This document shows, piece after piece, positions 34,356 through 46,754 of a stretch of DNA of 64,000 nucleotides. The notes beneath the pieces were generated by a model that was not told where the DNA came from, searched no databases, and worked only from the letters and a program-made list of their open reading frames with translations. The position numbers were made by a program, and so were the translations under genes. Location: the NCBI GenBank assembly GCA_963825865.1, contig CAWGVG010000015.1, forward strand, positions 151,569 through 215,568, written 5' to 3'. Within the stretch, counting starts at the first letter, position 1. The number at the start of each line of letters is the position of its first letter. Origin of the DNA: an uncultured Nitrososphaeraceae archaeon (GTDB lineage: Archaea > Thermoproteota > Nitrososphaeria > Nitrososphaerales > Nitrososphaeraceae).

Positions 34356-35700
34356 ATGCACAATTTTGATAGTAAAAATATAATTCCTTTATACATTATT
34401 GTTATCATAGTGGTTTCTAGCAACTATTGCAATATTTATGGTCAGTTAAATTCGACTGACAAAGACATACAATCACTTAAGCAAAATATTACAACGATAT
34501 ATAAAAATATAAATTCTATAAACGGGAACATATCAACACTAACTAAAAGTATCAATAGCAATTTCAATAATAATACAGGTGCTATCAGCACCCCTGTTGG
34601 AAATATAACTAATCTTTTTGGAGGTATCGGTCCATGGATTCCAATAATTTTTCTAGCAATAGTCGCTATGACTATGATCATACCATTGGTAATTGATATC
34701 ATCATGGCATACAGAAGAAATTCAAAAGGAGACAAAGGAGACATGAGGCAGCCAGCTGTCGGAATGGAAGGATTGTATAGGACTTTGATGACCTTTGGGG
34801 TCATGTTATTAGCTGGTATAGTACTACTATACCTTCTCTTATTGATCACCGTCTACAACAATACTGCTCTCATCGAGACATTAAGAAATCTTTCGACCAT
34901 ATTAGGAACTGGACTGGCAACAATAATCGCCTTCTATTTCGGAACAAGAGGAACTGAAAGTGCAGTTGAGAAAGCCGCAAAAAGAACAGCTCCACCAGGA
35001 ACAATAGGAGATTTATCCATTCCTTCTGTAATAAAGACAAAGCCAATTCATGGAGCTAAAAGTGTTCCTGTAAAAACAGATATTTACGCTAAATTTAGCG
35101 AGCCGATGGACATTACTTCTATCAATAAAGGTACTTTTAATATTGTAGATTCAAAGAATAACGTTGTTGATGGTGAAGTCAGTTTTATTGAAAATAATAC
35201 AAAGGCATTATTTAAAATAACCAATGAAAGTCAAAGTTTAGATCCCGGTACTGACTATACAGCTACTATCGAGTCAGAAGTGACAGATGTAGAAGGCAAT
35301 CCTATGTATGAGGATAAAGTTTGGACCTTTACAACTAAAGAAGAAGAACCGCCAGTTCCTGCAGACAAAAAACCAACCATACAAGAGGCGTCAAAAAATC
35401 CTTCAGCAGGTCAAATAGATGTTGATTTAAAACCGACAGAAATTTCTTTTGCATTTGACAACGATATGGATAAAAGTCACTATTACATCTACAAATGTTC
35501 AGTTTTTAGAAAACGGTATTGTATTAGCACAACCACCAGAGGTTAAGTTCGATGAAGTGAGTAAGAGAAAAGTTACCATAGATCCCAAAAAAACCCTTCT
35601 TCCAAAGACACAATATATGATTAAGGTCAGCCCAAGCGTAAAAGATACAAATGGAAAATCATTAGAAAGCGAGCAAAGTTGGAGCTTTACCACTAAATAG
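34356..35700 (+). CDS. Membrane protein with two Ig-like (Big_5/SbsA-type) domains (frameshift near 35480)
   Basis: Three TM segments ending IIAFYFG, then AKFSEPMDITSI..LDPGTDYTATI..WTFTT and a second domain ending WSFTTK. Confidence 0.85.
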
Positions 35701-36038
35701 AGAGACACCAATTCACGAGCAATTTTGACATTTGAAGCTTCTCGATGAGTTTCATCAGTTTGATATTTAGAATCATTCATCTTTGCAGTTAAACATGATT
35801 CAGTCCAAGCAGAAGACAAAACGGTGATGGCCCATATCCATATCTCTGTACTGTGAGTTGGAGAGGTTCCAAGAGTTGGATATTGATTATTTTTATCTCT
35901 TAATCTATCTTTGTTGCGAAGGACATTTTTAATATCTTCAGCCATCTGAAGAGAACATCCTACTTCTTCAAATCTTACCAAATGTTTTGAAATATCAATT
36001 TTATCGGACTCCATAAATAGATTTTATTTGTTTTCTAG

Positions 36039-36335
36039 CTCTGTTCGATTGACCATACTTTCAACAATCATTTTGTTATGCATATAGACAAACAAATTCA
36101 GCCAACTCATTACATATTCTAATTTGTAGCTATATTTTCTGCAAGGAAAATAATCATCAAAGCTTTCTGTTCTATCTTTTATATTGAATAGTTCTTTCGA
36201 TGATGCTATTCTCAAAAGTAGAATGCAGATGATGTTCCAATTTTAAGAATTTACAAATCTGCGGATAGGAGGTACCTCCATCTGTGGATATAGACTGCTT
36301 ACCATATTTTGTCGATAGTTCATGAATAAATCGTT
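36039..36335 (-). mobile_element. IS6-family remnant (3' part)
   Basis: IKDRTESFDDYFPCRK as in 58853; end GCTCTGTTC matches the IS6 TIR at 58777. Confidence 0.8.
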
Positions 36336-36338
36336 CAG

Positions 36339-37226
36339 CTACAAGCATGCCTTACCTGAATATCCCTTGTATTTTCCCCTGCCGATAACGGCCTTTGCAA
36401 CCGTATCAAGCCCAAGGCTTCTGTATTTATTTTTGAAAATTCCAACTTTTACCATGGGCTTCTCGTATAGTTTTAAGGCATCGATGTGTTGATGTTTGTA
36501 GTGGTTGTCTCCTCTTCCGTTCCCTGCAATATAAGGAACTCCAAGTTTGTTAAAACCTACAATGCTGGAAATACCGTGCGCTTTCAGTCTTTTATCCAGC
36601 ATAACCAGATCTGAATTCTTGCCTTCAATTTGTTTTGTTTGGCTGTTGTAAAACTCAAATCCTTTGGAGTACCAGCCAAACGAGTAATGGTATTTGCAAA
36701 GGCAGTTTACTATCTCAACCAATAGGGCATACTCCGCTTTTTTATCACTACCGAACGTTCTGTTATAGTCCTCTATGAGAAATGCCTTTTTCAGTCCATT
36801 CGAATCGACAAAACTGGCAGCTTCAATAATAACAAATGAAGCTGGAGTTGAAGAGTTTGCTGTGGCTGTTGTTGTTCTCCATTCAAAGTCGAAGCAAACA
36901 AATTTACAAGGTAAAGGTGGCTGATCCTGCTCCTGATGCTTGTGTCGCTGCCCAATGCTAGGCTCTTTTTCCGCTTTTATTCCGCCTAACATAGAAGATT
37001 CCTCAGTAGAAATGTATCTGCCATGTTGCAAGTGTTGCGGATGTTGCAGATGTTGTAGAGATAAGAGGGGGTGGCGTTGTGTGTTTCGATGATTCTTTTT
37101 TGTTATTTCCCAAAGGGGTGGGTCTAAATTCCATAAAATCACTAAATTATAATGTTCCGTTATCTTCTGTAGATCATCCAATACGTTTTTTAGAGTATTT
37201 TTCTCACTTGTTTCTTCTGTATACAA
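36339..37226 (-). pseudogene. Family B DNA polymerase, 3'-5' exonuclease domain only (truncated by the IS6 remnant)
   Basis: ExoI FDFEW, ExoII region GWYS..NSDLVMLDKRL, HIDALKLY, YRSLGLDTVAKAVIGRGK. Confidence 0.75.
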
Positions 37227-37239
37227 AGAATCACGACAA

Positions 37240-37650
37240 ATGCTTATTGAGACAATCGAGGGGTTAGATGATGAAACACAAAAAATAATTCTGCTGCAAT
37301 TAAAACTCGATATCGAATCAGTATATCATGGACACCATGTTTTAACCAAAGGATGGGAGAAAATGCGCTATAATAACATACAAAATTATGAAAAGGTTAC
37401 AGTACGAGGTGAGTGCGAAGTATGTGAAGCGGAATATCCCTTTCAGATGAACACAATAGAGTTCCTAAAGTTACCATATCTATATGTGTATTTTGAAAAA
37501 CATAGTAAACAAGTACTCAATGAGATTCAGAAATTAGATTGCTTAAGTTGTAAAGAACGAGGTAGCGTACGTATAACGCCTAGATGGCATATATTTGAAG
37601 ACGGTCATTACGAAATCTCTTCAGAAGATTTAAAAGATTACGGAGTATAA
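37240..37650 (+). CDS. Hypothetical zinc-binding protein (probably 5' truncated)
   Basis: CEVC and CLSC pairs. Confidence 0.55.
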   Translation: MLIETIEGLDDETQKIILLQLKLDIESVYHGHHVLTKGWEKMRYNNIQNYEKVTVRGECEVCEAEYPFQMNTIEFLKLPYLYVYFEKHSKQVLNEIQKLDCLSCKERGSVRITPRWHIFEDGHYEISSEDLKDYGV

Positions 37651-37723
37651 AAACTAACAATAATCTAATACTCATTTCTGGGCTGAAATTAATTCTATCC
37701 AGATATAGAGAACACCATAATAA

Positions 37724-39077
37724 TTATGAATTCTTATTTTTCAATTCCTGTACTTCTGCCATAAGTTTCATAACCTGATCTGATAGTGTAGATAATGCAT
37801 CATCTTTATCTTGCTTTTCATCTACTGTCTCATTATAAGCATCATATGTTAGAACCATCCTGCATTTAGCACAGAATTTTGCATTAGCTTTGTTTGGTTC
37901 ATTGCAATTTGGACATTGCTTTGGTTTTAATACATCCGCTAATCCTTGATCCTTTGGAGCTATTCCGTAGGCTTCAAGTATACTTTCAGTCGATTCATTG
38001 CCAAAATAATGAAGATATTTTAAGTGCATCTGTGATCTACCAGACCATCCAGCGTATTGCCGTAAAACATGTTCTTTCAGGATAGTTGACTTCTCGGTAA
38101 GAGCCGAATGGCGTCGAATGTATGGGTTCCAGGGTTTCTTTAACAGTTCTATTATTTTTTGCCTGTCTTCAGGAGGAACATCTTTACTTTCTTTTGATGC
38201 TATCTTTGAAAATAGTCCTGTTTTATAGCTTTCATATAATTTGGTTATCGTTGCTGGCTTAAGACGCCTTGCTAGACTCTTGTTATAGCCACAAATTAAT
38301 GGTACATTAGGATTTCCTAGTTGGGGATGTTCATCTAGCCAGTCTTTCACGTAAGGGATGGAATTGATTAGAGGTATGTGTCTGCTGCCAGTCTTGCCAT
38401 TAACAAGAACCTCAGCATATTGGCGGTTTTCCACAGCAGTTTTGAATACTATATCTTTTATCTTTAGCTTCAATATCTCATGAGGTCTACAGCCTGTATC
38501 TCGTGAGATCATATGGTAACACTTGTCGCGTCTACTTGGACAGTACCTTTAAAAACAAAAGGTCATCTTCTATGGTCCATAAATCTGTAGGTTTGTAAAT
38601 TGATTGCTCTTTTCTTTTAAGTTGTGGAATGTTCTCTATGTTCTGCGGCTTTTGTCTTTTTGCTGATTCCAGATCAGGATAATAAAGCCATTTGAAAAAC
38701 CTAATAATGAAGGCCCTGTATAAATTGTAACTTCCTATCCATTTATGCAATGGATCAATTCTTTCTGGTTTACGAGTCCTATCAAGGTATGATAAAATAT
38801 CTTCCCTAGTCATTTCTTTAAATGATTTTTTGTTACTGTGAAATTGCGATAGCAGGGTTAAGGCCATAATATTATTTTTTATATGATTAGCTGTAAGATT
38901 GATCTCTGTCTTCATAGACAATATGAAATCTATTATTGCCATAGCATTTTCTCTAGGTATCTTATACAAACGGTCAGCATAGTTACGTTCTAGCCCTTCG
39001 GTGATAAGACTTACCTTTCTTTCTAATAATGAGTCGATATGAATATCGGTTATGGTATTACTAGTACTAGTTTGCAA
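37724..39077 (-). CDS. Tyrosine recombinase/integrase with N-terminal SAM-like domain and C-terminal Zn ribbon (frameshift near 38530)
   Basis: DTGCRPHEILKL, VNGKTGSR, PYIRRHSALT, AGWS..HLKYLHY, CPNC..CAKC. Confidence 0.9.
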
Positions 39078-39125
39078 TGGATTTGATACTTTATCGGTGT
39101 TAATAAATAGGTATTCTATTCCAAA

Positions 39126-39617
39126 CTATATGTTAATAAATTCGATTATTCTTGTTTGAGTGTCAAATATTGCCATAGTTGCATTATATCCAAAGAACCA
39201 ACCTTTTGCTGTTCCTGGGTTAAGAACTAACGTTTTACCAACTGTTGTATTTTGTATCTTATGTGTATGCCCATAAACGACAACATCATATTTTTGCGAT
39301 CGGATTAACGAATTCTTCCATTCTGATTGAGTTCCATGATAAATTGCAAACTTTAGGTCTTCTTTGTCAAGTTCACAGAGCTCACCTCTAAGATCACCCT
39401 CTATGTCATTGAATGCATCTGCTAAACCAGATTTATCAACATCATTATTTCCTAAAACGCCAATTAGTTTTACTCCCTTAAAAGCCCTTACTGCTTCTGG
39501 GTTAACATAGTCACCAGCATGCATTACAAAACTCACTTTTCTATCATTGAATAACTGGACAGATTTCTCGATATTTTCAATATAATCATGCGTATCTGAT
39601 ATTACGCCAATTTTCAT
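39126..39617 (-). CDS. Metallophosphoesterase (MJ0936/YfcE family)
   Basis: ISDTHD, HAGD, GNND, YHG, GHTH, NPG. Confidence 0.93.
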   Translation of the reverse strand: MKIGVISDTHDYIENIEKSVQLFNDRKVSFVMHAGDYVNPEAVRAFKGVKLIGVLGNNDVDKSGLADAFNDIEGDLRGELCELDKEDLKFAIYHGTQSEWKNSLIRSQKYDVVVYGHTHKIQNTTVGKTLVLNPGTAKGWFFGYNATMAIFDTQTRIIEFINI

Positions 39618-40030
39618 TGTAATGTACCATTGCTATTTTTACTAGGATTTAAAATAGATATGGATAGATATAGCCACATACTGTCAAATAGTCTTTTAAA
39701 TAATAACGGTTCTATTGAACGATTGGATAATCTACGTATAAATACTTTCTGTTAAAGTGAATAATCTAAGATATTAAGTTCGTATGTATGCATCTGCGAT
39801 TCATATTCATATGGCAAGAAGGGGAAGGACTTCACATTAGTAACAATTGATACAAACTTAACGATACGAGGAAAAAGAAAGTCTGCTATCAATAAAAGCA
39901 AAAGTAACTAATGGACCCGTAATACCGTAAATTTTGTTTGCATAAATTAAATTTGTACTGATATAAAAAATAATTAACGGTCGATAAAAACATTAGATAT
40001 TGAAAAATAAGGGTAGGGACTTTATAGAAT

Positions 40031-40336
40031 ATGACAGTTTGTACTATTCATAAAGATTTTTTTGATGATATGTGTGCGGAATGTAAGGAGGAATATGCTG
40101 AATTAAAGGGTCTAAATAAGTTGTATTTGGATACTTATAACAAAAATAAGATTCAAAAAAATCGAGAAAAAAAATATAAAGAATTTTCTGAAGAACGTGC
40201 TAAACAGTTGTATGGAGATTTGATATTGCAATTTCTTAAGAGTAATTACAACGAAATCGAAGCCACAGAAAAATCAAGATCTATTATTAGGAAACAGTGC
40301 AATTTGCGTAATATGCCATATTGGTCTTGGATTTAA
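40031..40336 (+). CDS. Conserved hypothetical protein
   Basis: 101 aa with CxxH..CxxC at the N-terminus. Confidence 0.65.
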   Translation: MTVCTIHKDFFDDMCAECKEEYAELKGLNKLYLDTYNKNKIQKNREKKYKEFSEERAKQLYGDLILQFLKSNYNEIEATEKSRSIIRKQCNLRNMPYWSWI

Positions 40337-40544
40337 TCGTGATCTACTTATACTTTATATCTTCTCTAATACTGCTTGTATCATTATTGAAGAAATAGAC
40401 AAGCAACTGCGAAGATACTAACTATCACCTAACTTACCGTAGCAGCATAAATGATAGAATGTTTTGATAAATACATTCCACTCTCTACAGATTTACGTAC
40501 GTCCAAGTAATTTTTTAATGCGTAAGAAGGATAATGAATAGAGT

Positions 40545-41036
40545 TTAATCGCTGACAGTAACTTTTATCATCAGGGCCTTCTCAGTGTCGAAAGGTGAAT
40601 CAGCAGAATCAGTTTTTAAAGATGCTATTTTATCAACTGAATCCATTCCATACGTTACTCTTCCAAATACAGCATACTGGCCATCTAGGAAATTTGAGTC
40701 TTTCAGAACTATAAAGAACTGTGAACCCGCACTATTTGGATCCTGTGATCTTGCCATAGATAATGTTCCACGAGAATGTTTGTTTTTATTAAATTCTGCT
40801 TTTATGTTCCATCCTGGTCCTCCAGTCCCCCATCTACTTCTATTGTTCACATCTCTTGTATTAGGATCTCCACCCTGTATTACAAAACTTGGTACAATCC
40901 TGTGGAATATTAATCCGTCATAGAATCCTCTTTTTGTTAATTCTCTAAAATTCTCAACTGTCTTTGGTGCATGTTCTGGATAAAATTCTAATTTGATGTC
41001 ACCAAAATTGGTAGTTATAATACCAGTATTTGCCAT
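40545..41036 (-). CDS. Cyclophilin-type peptidyl-prolyl isomerase
   Basis: APKTVENF, FHRIVPSFVIQGGDP, LSMARSQDPNSAGSQFFI, LDGQYAVFG. Confidence 0.96.
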   Translation of the reverse strand: MANTGIITTNFGDIKLEFYPEHAPKTVENFRELTKRGFYDGLIFHRIVPSFVIQGGDPNTRDVNNRSRWGTGGPGWNIKAEFNKNKHSRGTLSMARSQDPNSAGSQFFIVLKDSNFLDGQYAVFGRVTYGMDSVDKIASLKTDSADSPFDTEKALMIKVTVSD

Positions 41037-41191
41037 TTGCAATTCCCTTTCTTCATTTGACAGTATCAAACATTAATAATGTTTTCCCTGTAATTGCAGA
41101 GATTTTAAATGATCAAAGAGGATAGCGGTGGTCGAAAGTGCAGTCAGAAGTTGATAGCAATCCAGATAAAAAATGAGGCATAATTAACTCA

Positions 41192-41476
<285 letters not shown>

Positions 41477-41586
41477 TACTGGTGGCAGATGTATTGTATT
41501 ATCATTTTTGAACTTTAGATTCCCTGTTTTTCTAAACTTAGTAATTGACGATTATAAAAAAGATATCTACACTATCCTATACTATC

Positions 41587-41958
41587 TTATGTTTCCTTCA
41601 TATTATGACTTACTATTTTGTTATATGAATCTATAAATCTCTGAGCGTAAACGTTAGCATACTTTTCAGAACCCCTATGCATCTTCCCTCTTGATCTTAA
41701 ATGATGGTAGAATTCATGCAATACTATGAAAGGATCATAAAAAATCTCTGAGTCTAAAGCATAAATCCTTCTCTCTTTTCGAACATAAACTGCATATACT
41801 GTTCTTCTCTTTCCCTTTATTGTACCAACAACTATTTCAGGAGGACTGATATGATAAAATTCGCTTAGTTTTTGCAGCGCTTCTTCTGTTTTCTTATTGA
41901 AAATCATGTAAACAATTTTAGCCCGAGTTAAATCATCGAGCTGGAGAAAGGTGGTCAT
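41587..41958 (-). CDS. Small HExxH zincin-like protein
   Basis: IVLHEFYHHL..SEKYANVYA. Confidence 0.75.
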   Translation of the reverse strand: MTTFLQLDDLTRAKIVYMIFNKKTEEALQKLSEFYHISPPEIVVGTIKGKRRTVYAVYVRKERRIYALDSEIFYDPFIVLHEFYHHLRSRGKMHRGSEKYANVYAQRFIDSYNKIVSHNMKET

Positions 41959-42327
41959 GACTTTTGATATTCAAATCTATACTGCTTAGCCAAGGGGTTT
42001 AGCAATAACAAGGGGTACAGAAGAGATTTTAAAATGAAAAGAAATTGGTAAATAATAAACAATAAGGCGATATACATAAAATATAATATCCAATAATTGA
42101 GTTTTATATAAAAGTTCATATTCTAGTCAACCAGACTCCGTCTTTTATTCAGAAGTTCTAAAGCCAGCCAAGACCAATGATGTGGTGTCAAGATCTGCAA
42201 GCAGAAAGCCCACACTGCCGAAATAAATGCCGACCCGGAGACCGTTCCACTATCCCACATAGTAGCGTTATTTTCAGTTGGCATAGTAAGAGCTGGATGT
42301 TCATGAACCAATTAAGCCAATGGAATC

Positions 42328-42819
42328 TTGTCAAAAGATAAAAATGGCAAGGTTGAATCTAGAATATCCAAGTTGCAAAGTAACAATAAAGGGCAAAAAA
42401 ATAGGAAAAAATCTGGTCCGAAGAGGATAAGCATGTCGCTGCCCTCAGAGCTATTATCTGAATTTAACAGGAGTATGGTAAAAGTTGGTTTTCCAGATAG
42501 GTCTAAAGCTATTCAAAGAGCATTATATTCATTTATAGACGAAAATAATTGGAAGACAGAAGATGACCGTTCAGGGGCTGGTGCAATAATAATGCTATAT
42601 AACAATCATATTTTCAATCAAAATACAAAATCTACTCAAATGCAGCATAAATACAATGATGTAATAAGTTCCACTATACACATGCATCTGGATGGTAATA
42701 ACTGTTTGGAAACTATCATGGTCAGAGGAAAAGCAAAAATAATAAAAGATCTAGTAAAAGATCTATCAAAAAATCGTGGCATAAAGAGTTTAAAAGTACA
42801 TTTCGTAAGTTCCATCTGA
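42328..42819 (+). CDS. nikR: NikR-family nickel-responsive regulator
   Basis: RHH RISMSLP..DRSKAI; Ni ligands QH..HMH.....C conserved. Confidence 0.9.
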   Translation: MSKDKNGKVESRISKLQSNNKGQKNRKKSGPKRISMSLPSELLSEFNRSMVKVGFPDRSKAIQRALYSFIDENNWKTEDDRSGAGAIIMLYNNHIFNQNTKSTQMQHKYNDVISSTIHMHLDGNNCLETIMVRGKAKIIKDLVKDLSKNRGIKSLKVHFVSSI

Positions 42820-43165
42820 TAAAACCAGTTGGCTATTTTACATCCATTTTGGTTTACTTTTTTAATATACTCAATAAAGAGCAGGTTCTTTTAATATTGA
42901 TACGATTAAAATTAGCCTAAATTTATAAATCGAGTTATGATCGGTCTAAACGCCGACCACTAACAACTTATTGGATCTGGAAAGAGAGTGTAATCCTTAC
43001 ATTGTTCACGCATTGAGATAAGCTTTTAGAAATCTACAAATATTAGATTAAGGGTTTTTTTATATTTAGAGAACTCGCTCTTACTTTTCACAAATAATTC
43101 ATATTGACGACTAAATGAACTTGTTGTGCCGATGTCGACTTCGTAGCGATGGCTTAAATCTTTAT

Positions 43166-43191
43166 TATTACCTTTTAATAAATCGGTAATA
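43166..43191 (+). promoter_or_regulatory. Candidate NikR operator TATTACC-N12-GGTAATA around a TATA-like TTTTAATA
   Basis: Perfect 7-bp inverted repeat about 40 bp upstream of the Ni transporter. Confidence 0.55.
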
Positions 43192-43229
43192 CTTATGGTG
43201 TCATATAATATTGGGAGTAATGACTTAAA

Positions 43230-44015
43230 ATGGTAGTAGACATAAAGACATTTCTTGCCATATCAATTCCTTCTATGCTAATGTTTGGAATGCGTCATGC
43301 ACTCGATGTTGACCATATTACTGCAATTGATAACCTTGTAAGACTCCACAATGCAAAAAAAAAGGCTCGATGGGTAGGCACTGGTTTCAGTATTGGTCAT
43401 ATGATATCAGTATTAGCTGAAATGCTTTTAATAATATACGTAATAGGAAGCGCAACAAATAACAAAGTAGGCGAGCTTTCATTTTGGGGTGGTGTAATAG
43501 GAGCTATTGCTTTAGCAACGATTGGAGGTATCAATATTTATTCGTTAAAAAAATGGGGTAGAACAGGTTCAGCTATTCTTGCTGGCAAAATAGCAGGCAG
43601 TACGGGCATAGCAGGCCCTTTTAGTTCTGCTTTAATTACTGGTTTAGTATTTGGTTTAGGATTTGATACAGCAACGCAGATTTCTGCTCTTACGTTATCA
43701 GCAGTTGCTTCCGCAACACTTGGTGTGCAGGTAGCGCTAATACTCGCTGGATTTTTCGCTATGGGCATGATCCCAATTGACACGCTAGATAGTGTAGTTC
43801 TCCGTTCAGCATTTTCTAGGATATTTAACACTAAAGCATTTAGTTATATGGCATATGCGTTAAGCGGAGTTGCACTAATAATCGCAGCACTACAATCGTA
43901 TTCGGTTATAAGTAATTCAAATATACTGCCACCATTAACAGGTCCAATTTTAGCAGTGGTAATAATTTCCTTTGCATTTGTATACTCCTTTGTGACACGT
44001 AAGAGAGGGTACTAA
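43230..44015 (+). CDS. NiCoT (HoxN/HupN/NixA) nickel/cobalt permease
   Basis: GMRHALDVDHITAID, FSIGH, GLGFDTATQI. Confidence 0.92.
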   Translation: MVVDIKTFLAISIPSMLMFGMRHALDVDHITAIDNLVRLHNAKKKARWVGTGFSIGHMISVLAEMLLIIYVIGSATNNKVGELSFWGGVIGAIALATIGGINIYSLKKWGRTGSAILAGKIAGSTGIAGPFSSALITGLVFGLGFDTATQISALTLSAVASATLGVQVALILAGFFAMGMIPIDTLDSVVLRSAFSRIFNTKAFSYMAYALSGVALIIAALQSYSVISNSNILPPLTGPILAVVIISFAFVYSFVTRKRGY

Positions 44016-44468
44016 AATGAAGATAGATCATGATACCTTGCATCCACCAGAATAGAAAAAAAGTTGTTGTCTCTGAGATAAACCACTTTTCCATAAAGAA
44101 ATTTCTCAAATTGGCCAGGCCGGCAACTTCAATAAGCTTATCTCCCATGCAACAAGTTAAATGATGTAAAGTAGTGAGTAGCATCAAATCTGTAATGGCG
44201 GAGTGACTTAGATGATTTAAATTTAATGCATTTTAAATAGGTAGTCATATAAATTATTGATTAACGCGACTTTGAAACTGACCGATTATGAACATCATGT
44301 AGTATTAAATCGTCCTTAAAAACTATGCAATTCTAGTCAAGCAGTTTATGACCGCATTTAATAATAAGTATACAAGAAAAGGCAGAAGTAAGGTAATAAC
44401 TACTAAATCAGTAAACTATTACTGCTAATCTTAATTAGGTAAAATGTATAAATATTAACTGAATAAAA

Positions 44469-44798
44469 ATGAGTGCTAATAACAGACAATTTCTCGTTAG
44501 CCAACTGATATGGATTGGAATATCTATAGGCATCAGTCTTACAATTTCTATGTTAGTACCATTTCCCATCTCACTAGTTGCGATAATTGGAGTTTTCATT
44601 TTGCTTAACTTCTATATGAGAAAGAGAATGATGAGAAGGATGGGCATGAAAGGAGGCCTAGGGATGTTTGGTTCTTTATCCTCATCTTCAATGTTTTGAG
44701 ACAGTTCATTAAAATATTACTGCATGAGCTGTGGAACACAGCACAAGCAGGAAGCATGTCCAAAATGTGGTTCAAAGATGAAAAGAGTGGGGTCGTGA
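44469..44798 (+). CDS. Membrane-anchored zinc-ribbon protein (in-frame TGA at 44697)
   Basis: After the TGA the same frame continues DSSLKYYCMSCGTQHKQEACPKCGSKMKRVGS*. Confidence 0.75.
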
Positions 44799-44979
44799 TG
44801 TGACATTATAGATACACTATATAGTAAAGTCGGTATTAGCCACCGGAAGATAATAAGATATTGATTGGATGCCATAGAAAATAACCCTTGGTAGATAAAA
44901 TATAATAGCAAATTATGCTGAATGTTGTGTTTTTATGTCTATAATGGTTTTCCTTTGGTTAGCACTATTTAACTCTATG

Positions 44980-45093
<114 letters not shown>

Positions 45094-45329
45094 AAAAAAG
45101 CAATATAATACAGAAACGAAAAATAGATTTACTATTAAAAGTAATGTTGAAAAGGGTAAAGGAGACTTAATTAAGATTTATGTCAACAATGATAACCTTA
45201 TCCTAAAATTAGCAAAGGATCTTCTGTTGTTATGACTATCAAAGAAATGGTGAACCGATAAAGAGCTTAAGATATGCAAAATCAAAACATATAAAATGGC
45301 AAATTGATAAAAAACTTTCCTAAGGAAAA

Positions 45330-46665
45330 CAGCTTGAAAATTCTGGTGAAAGGTGCCAGTGGTTTTATTGGAAGTCTTGTCCTTTCCATTCAAAGAGGCA
45401 TCAAATCGTATGCATAACAAGAAATGTAAAATCTCTTGCAGGTTGCTTTAACGAAGAAGTTAAAATCAACGAGTCAAATGTAAGTAATTATCTTGAGTTG
45501 TTAAAAGCCGTGACTGGCATTGATATAGCATTTTATTTAATACATTCAATAGAAGGCTCATCCAAGGATTAGAAGAAGTTTGCTGAAAAAGATGCAACAG
45601 CTGCTATTTTGCTAAGGCTGCTACAGAATGCGGAGTTAAAAGAATTATCTATCTAGGAGGTCTAAGACATGAAAAAGACACTGTACATTTATCTGATCAT
45701 ACGCGAAGTAGATTACAAGTTGCTTAAATATTAAGAGCATCTTCTGCAAGGGTTACTGTTTTTCGGCCAGCAATTATTTTAGGACAAGGATGGGGGTCAT
45801 TTCACATGTTGCAGTATCTAACGGAAAGGTTGGCTATTATGGTATGTCCAAAATGGGTTTTGACTAAATCGCAACCAATATCCGTAGATGACGTTGTTAC
45901 TTATTTAGTTAAAGCTATTGATCTAAAAGAGAGGGCATAGCTAAAAGAAAGGGATCAATTGATATTGGCGGTCCTGATGTGCTGGCTTATGTCGAAATGA
46001 TGCAAAGATATGGAAAGATGTTAGACAAATCAATCAAGATAGCAATAATTCCCTTTTTAACTTCAAGGCTTTCTTCCTATTGGGTTGATCTTATCACTCC
46101 TGTAAAGGCCTCTCTTGCCAGATCATTAATTGACAGTCTCAAACATGAAGCAACTATAAGAGATGAAACAATTAAAACTATTATTCCTATTAAATTAAAA
46201 AGCTTTGAACAGGCAATTAAAGGAGCAAGAGAAGATCAAATACAAAAAGCAAAGTTTACTAAAAAAAGAACGTACCTTACATTCTGTAAATATCAAGATC
46301 TTCATGATTTCGTTATTTGCTATGTCTATTGTAGGATCGACTTATTATGTGTTCGATTCGAGGTTAGAGATATTTTATACTAACTGGCTTGCATTAAGTG
46401 TTTTATGGTAATTTGGTATTTCATTTTCTATTTACTTTATTACGAATGACGCAAGGTCTGGAGTAATCATTGCGGGTATTATCGGATGGATAACACTATG
46501 CTCCTAGTTAATTGACAACGTGTATACTGTATCGCGGAACTCATTAATTGCCAGTTCTCCAAATATGACGATAACTGTAAGGAATTTCATTGGTGCGATT
46601 ATAGCGACATGGCCTTAGTAGCATCTCATAATGTCTTCCACAAAAAAAAGGTTCATGGTTTATAA
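45330..46665 (+). pseudogene. Atypical SDR/NAD(P)H-binding protein (YbjT-like) with C-terminal membrane segment
   Basis: LKILVKGASGFIG, AFYLIHS, GVKRIIYLGGL, SQPISVDDV, DIGGPDVL, LSSYWVDLITPV; several stops and frameshifts. Confidence 0.8.
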
Positions 46666-46754
46666 GCTTTAATTAATGAAGATGTATTCTGGATTTGTTC
46701 AGCTGAATATATCGATGCAGGTTTTACTCGCATCTTCGAAATATAAAAAAATGG

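Noticed and set aside
35499-36014. 171-aa minus-strand ORF as a real gene
   Set aside because: Its 3' third overlaps the Ig-domain gene antisense and it has no recognisable motif; at most a fragment.
36339-39077. Casposon
   Set aside because: No Cas1 or terminal inverted repeats are visible; the recombinase is a tyrosine integrase.
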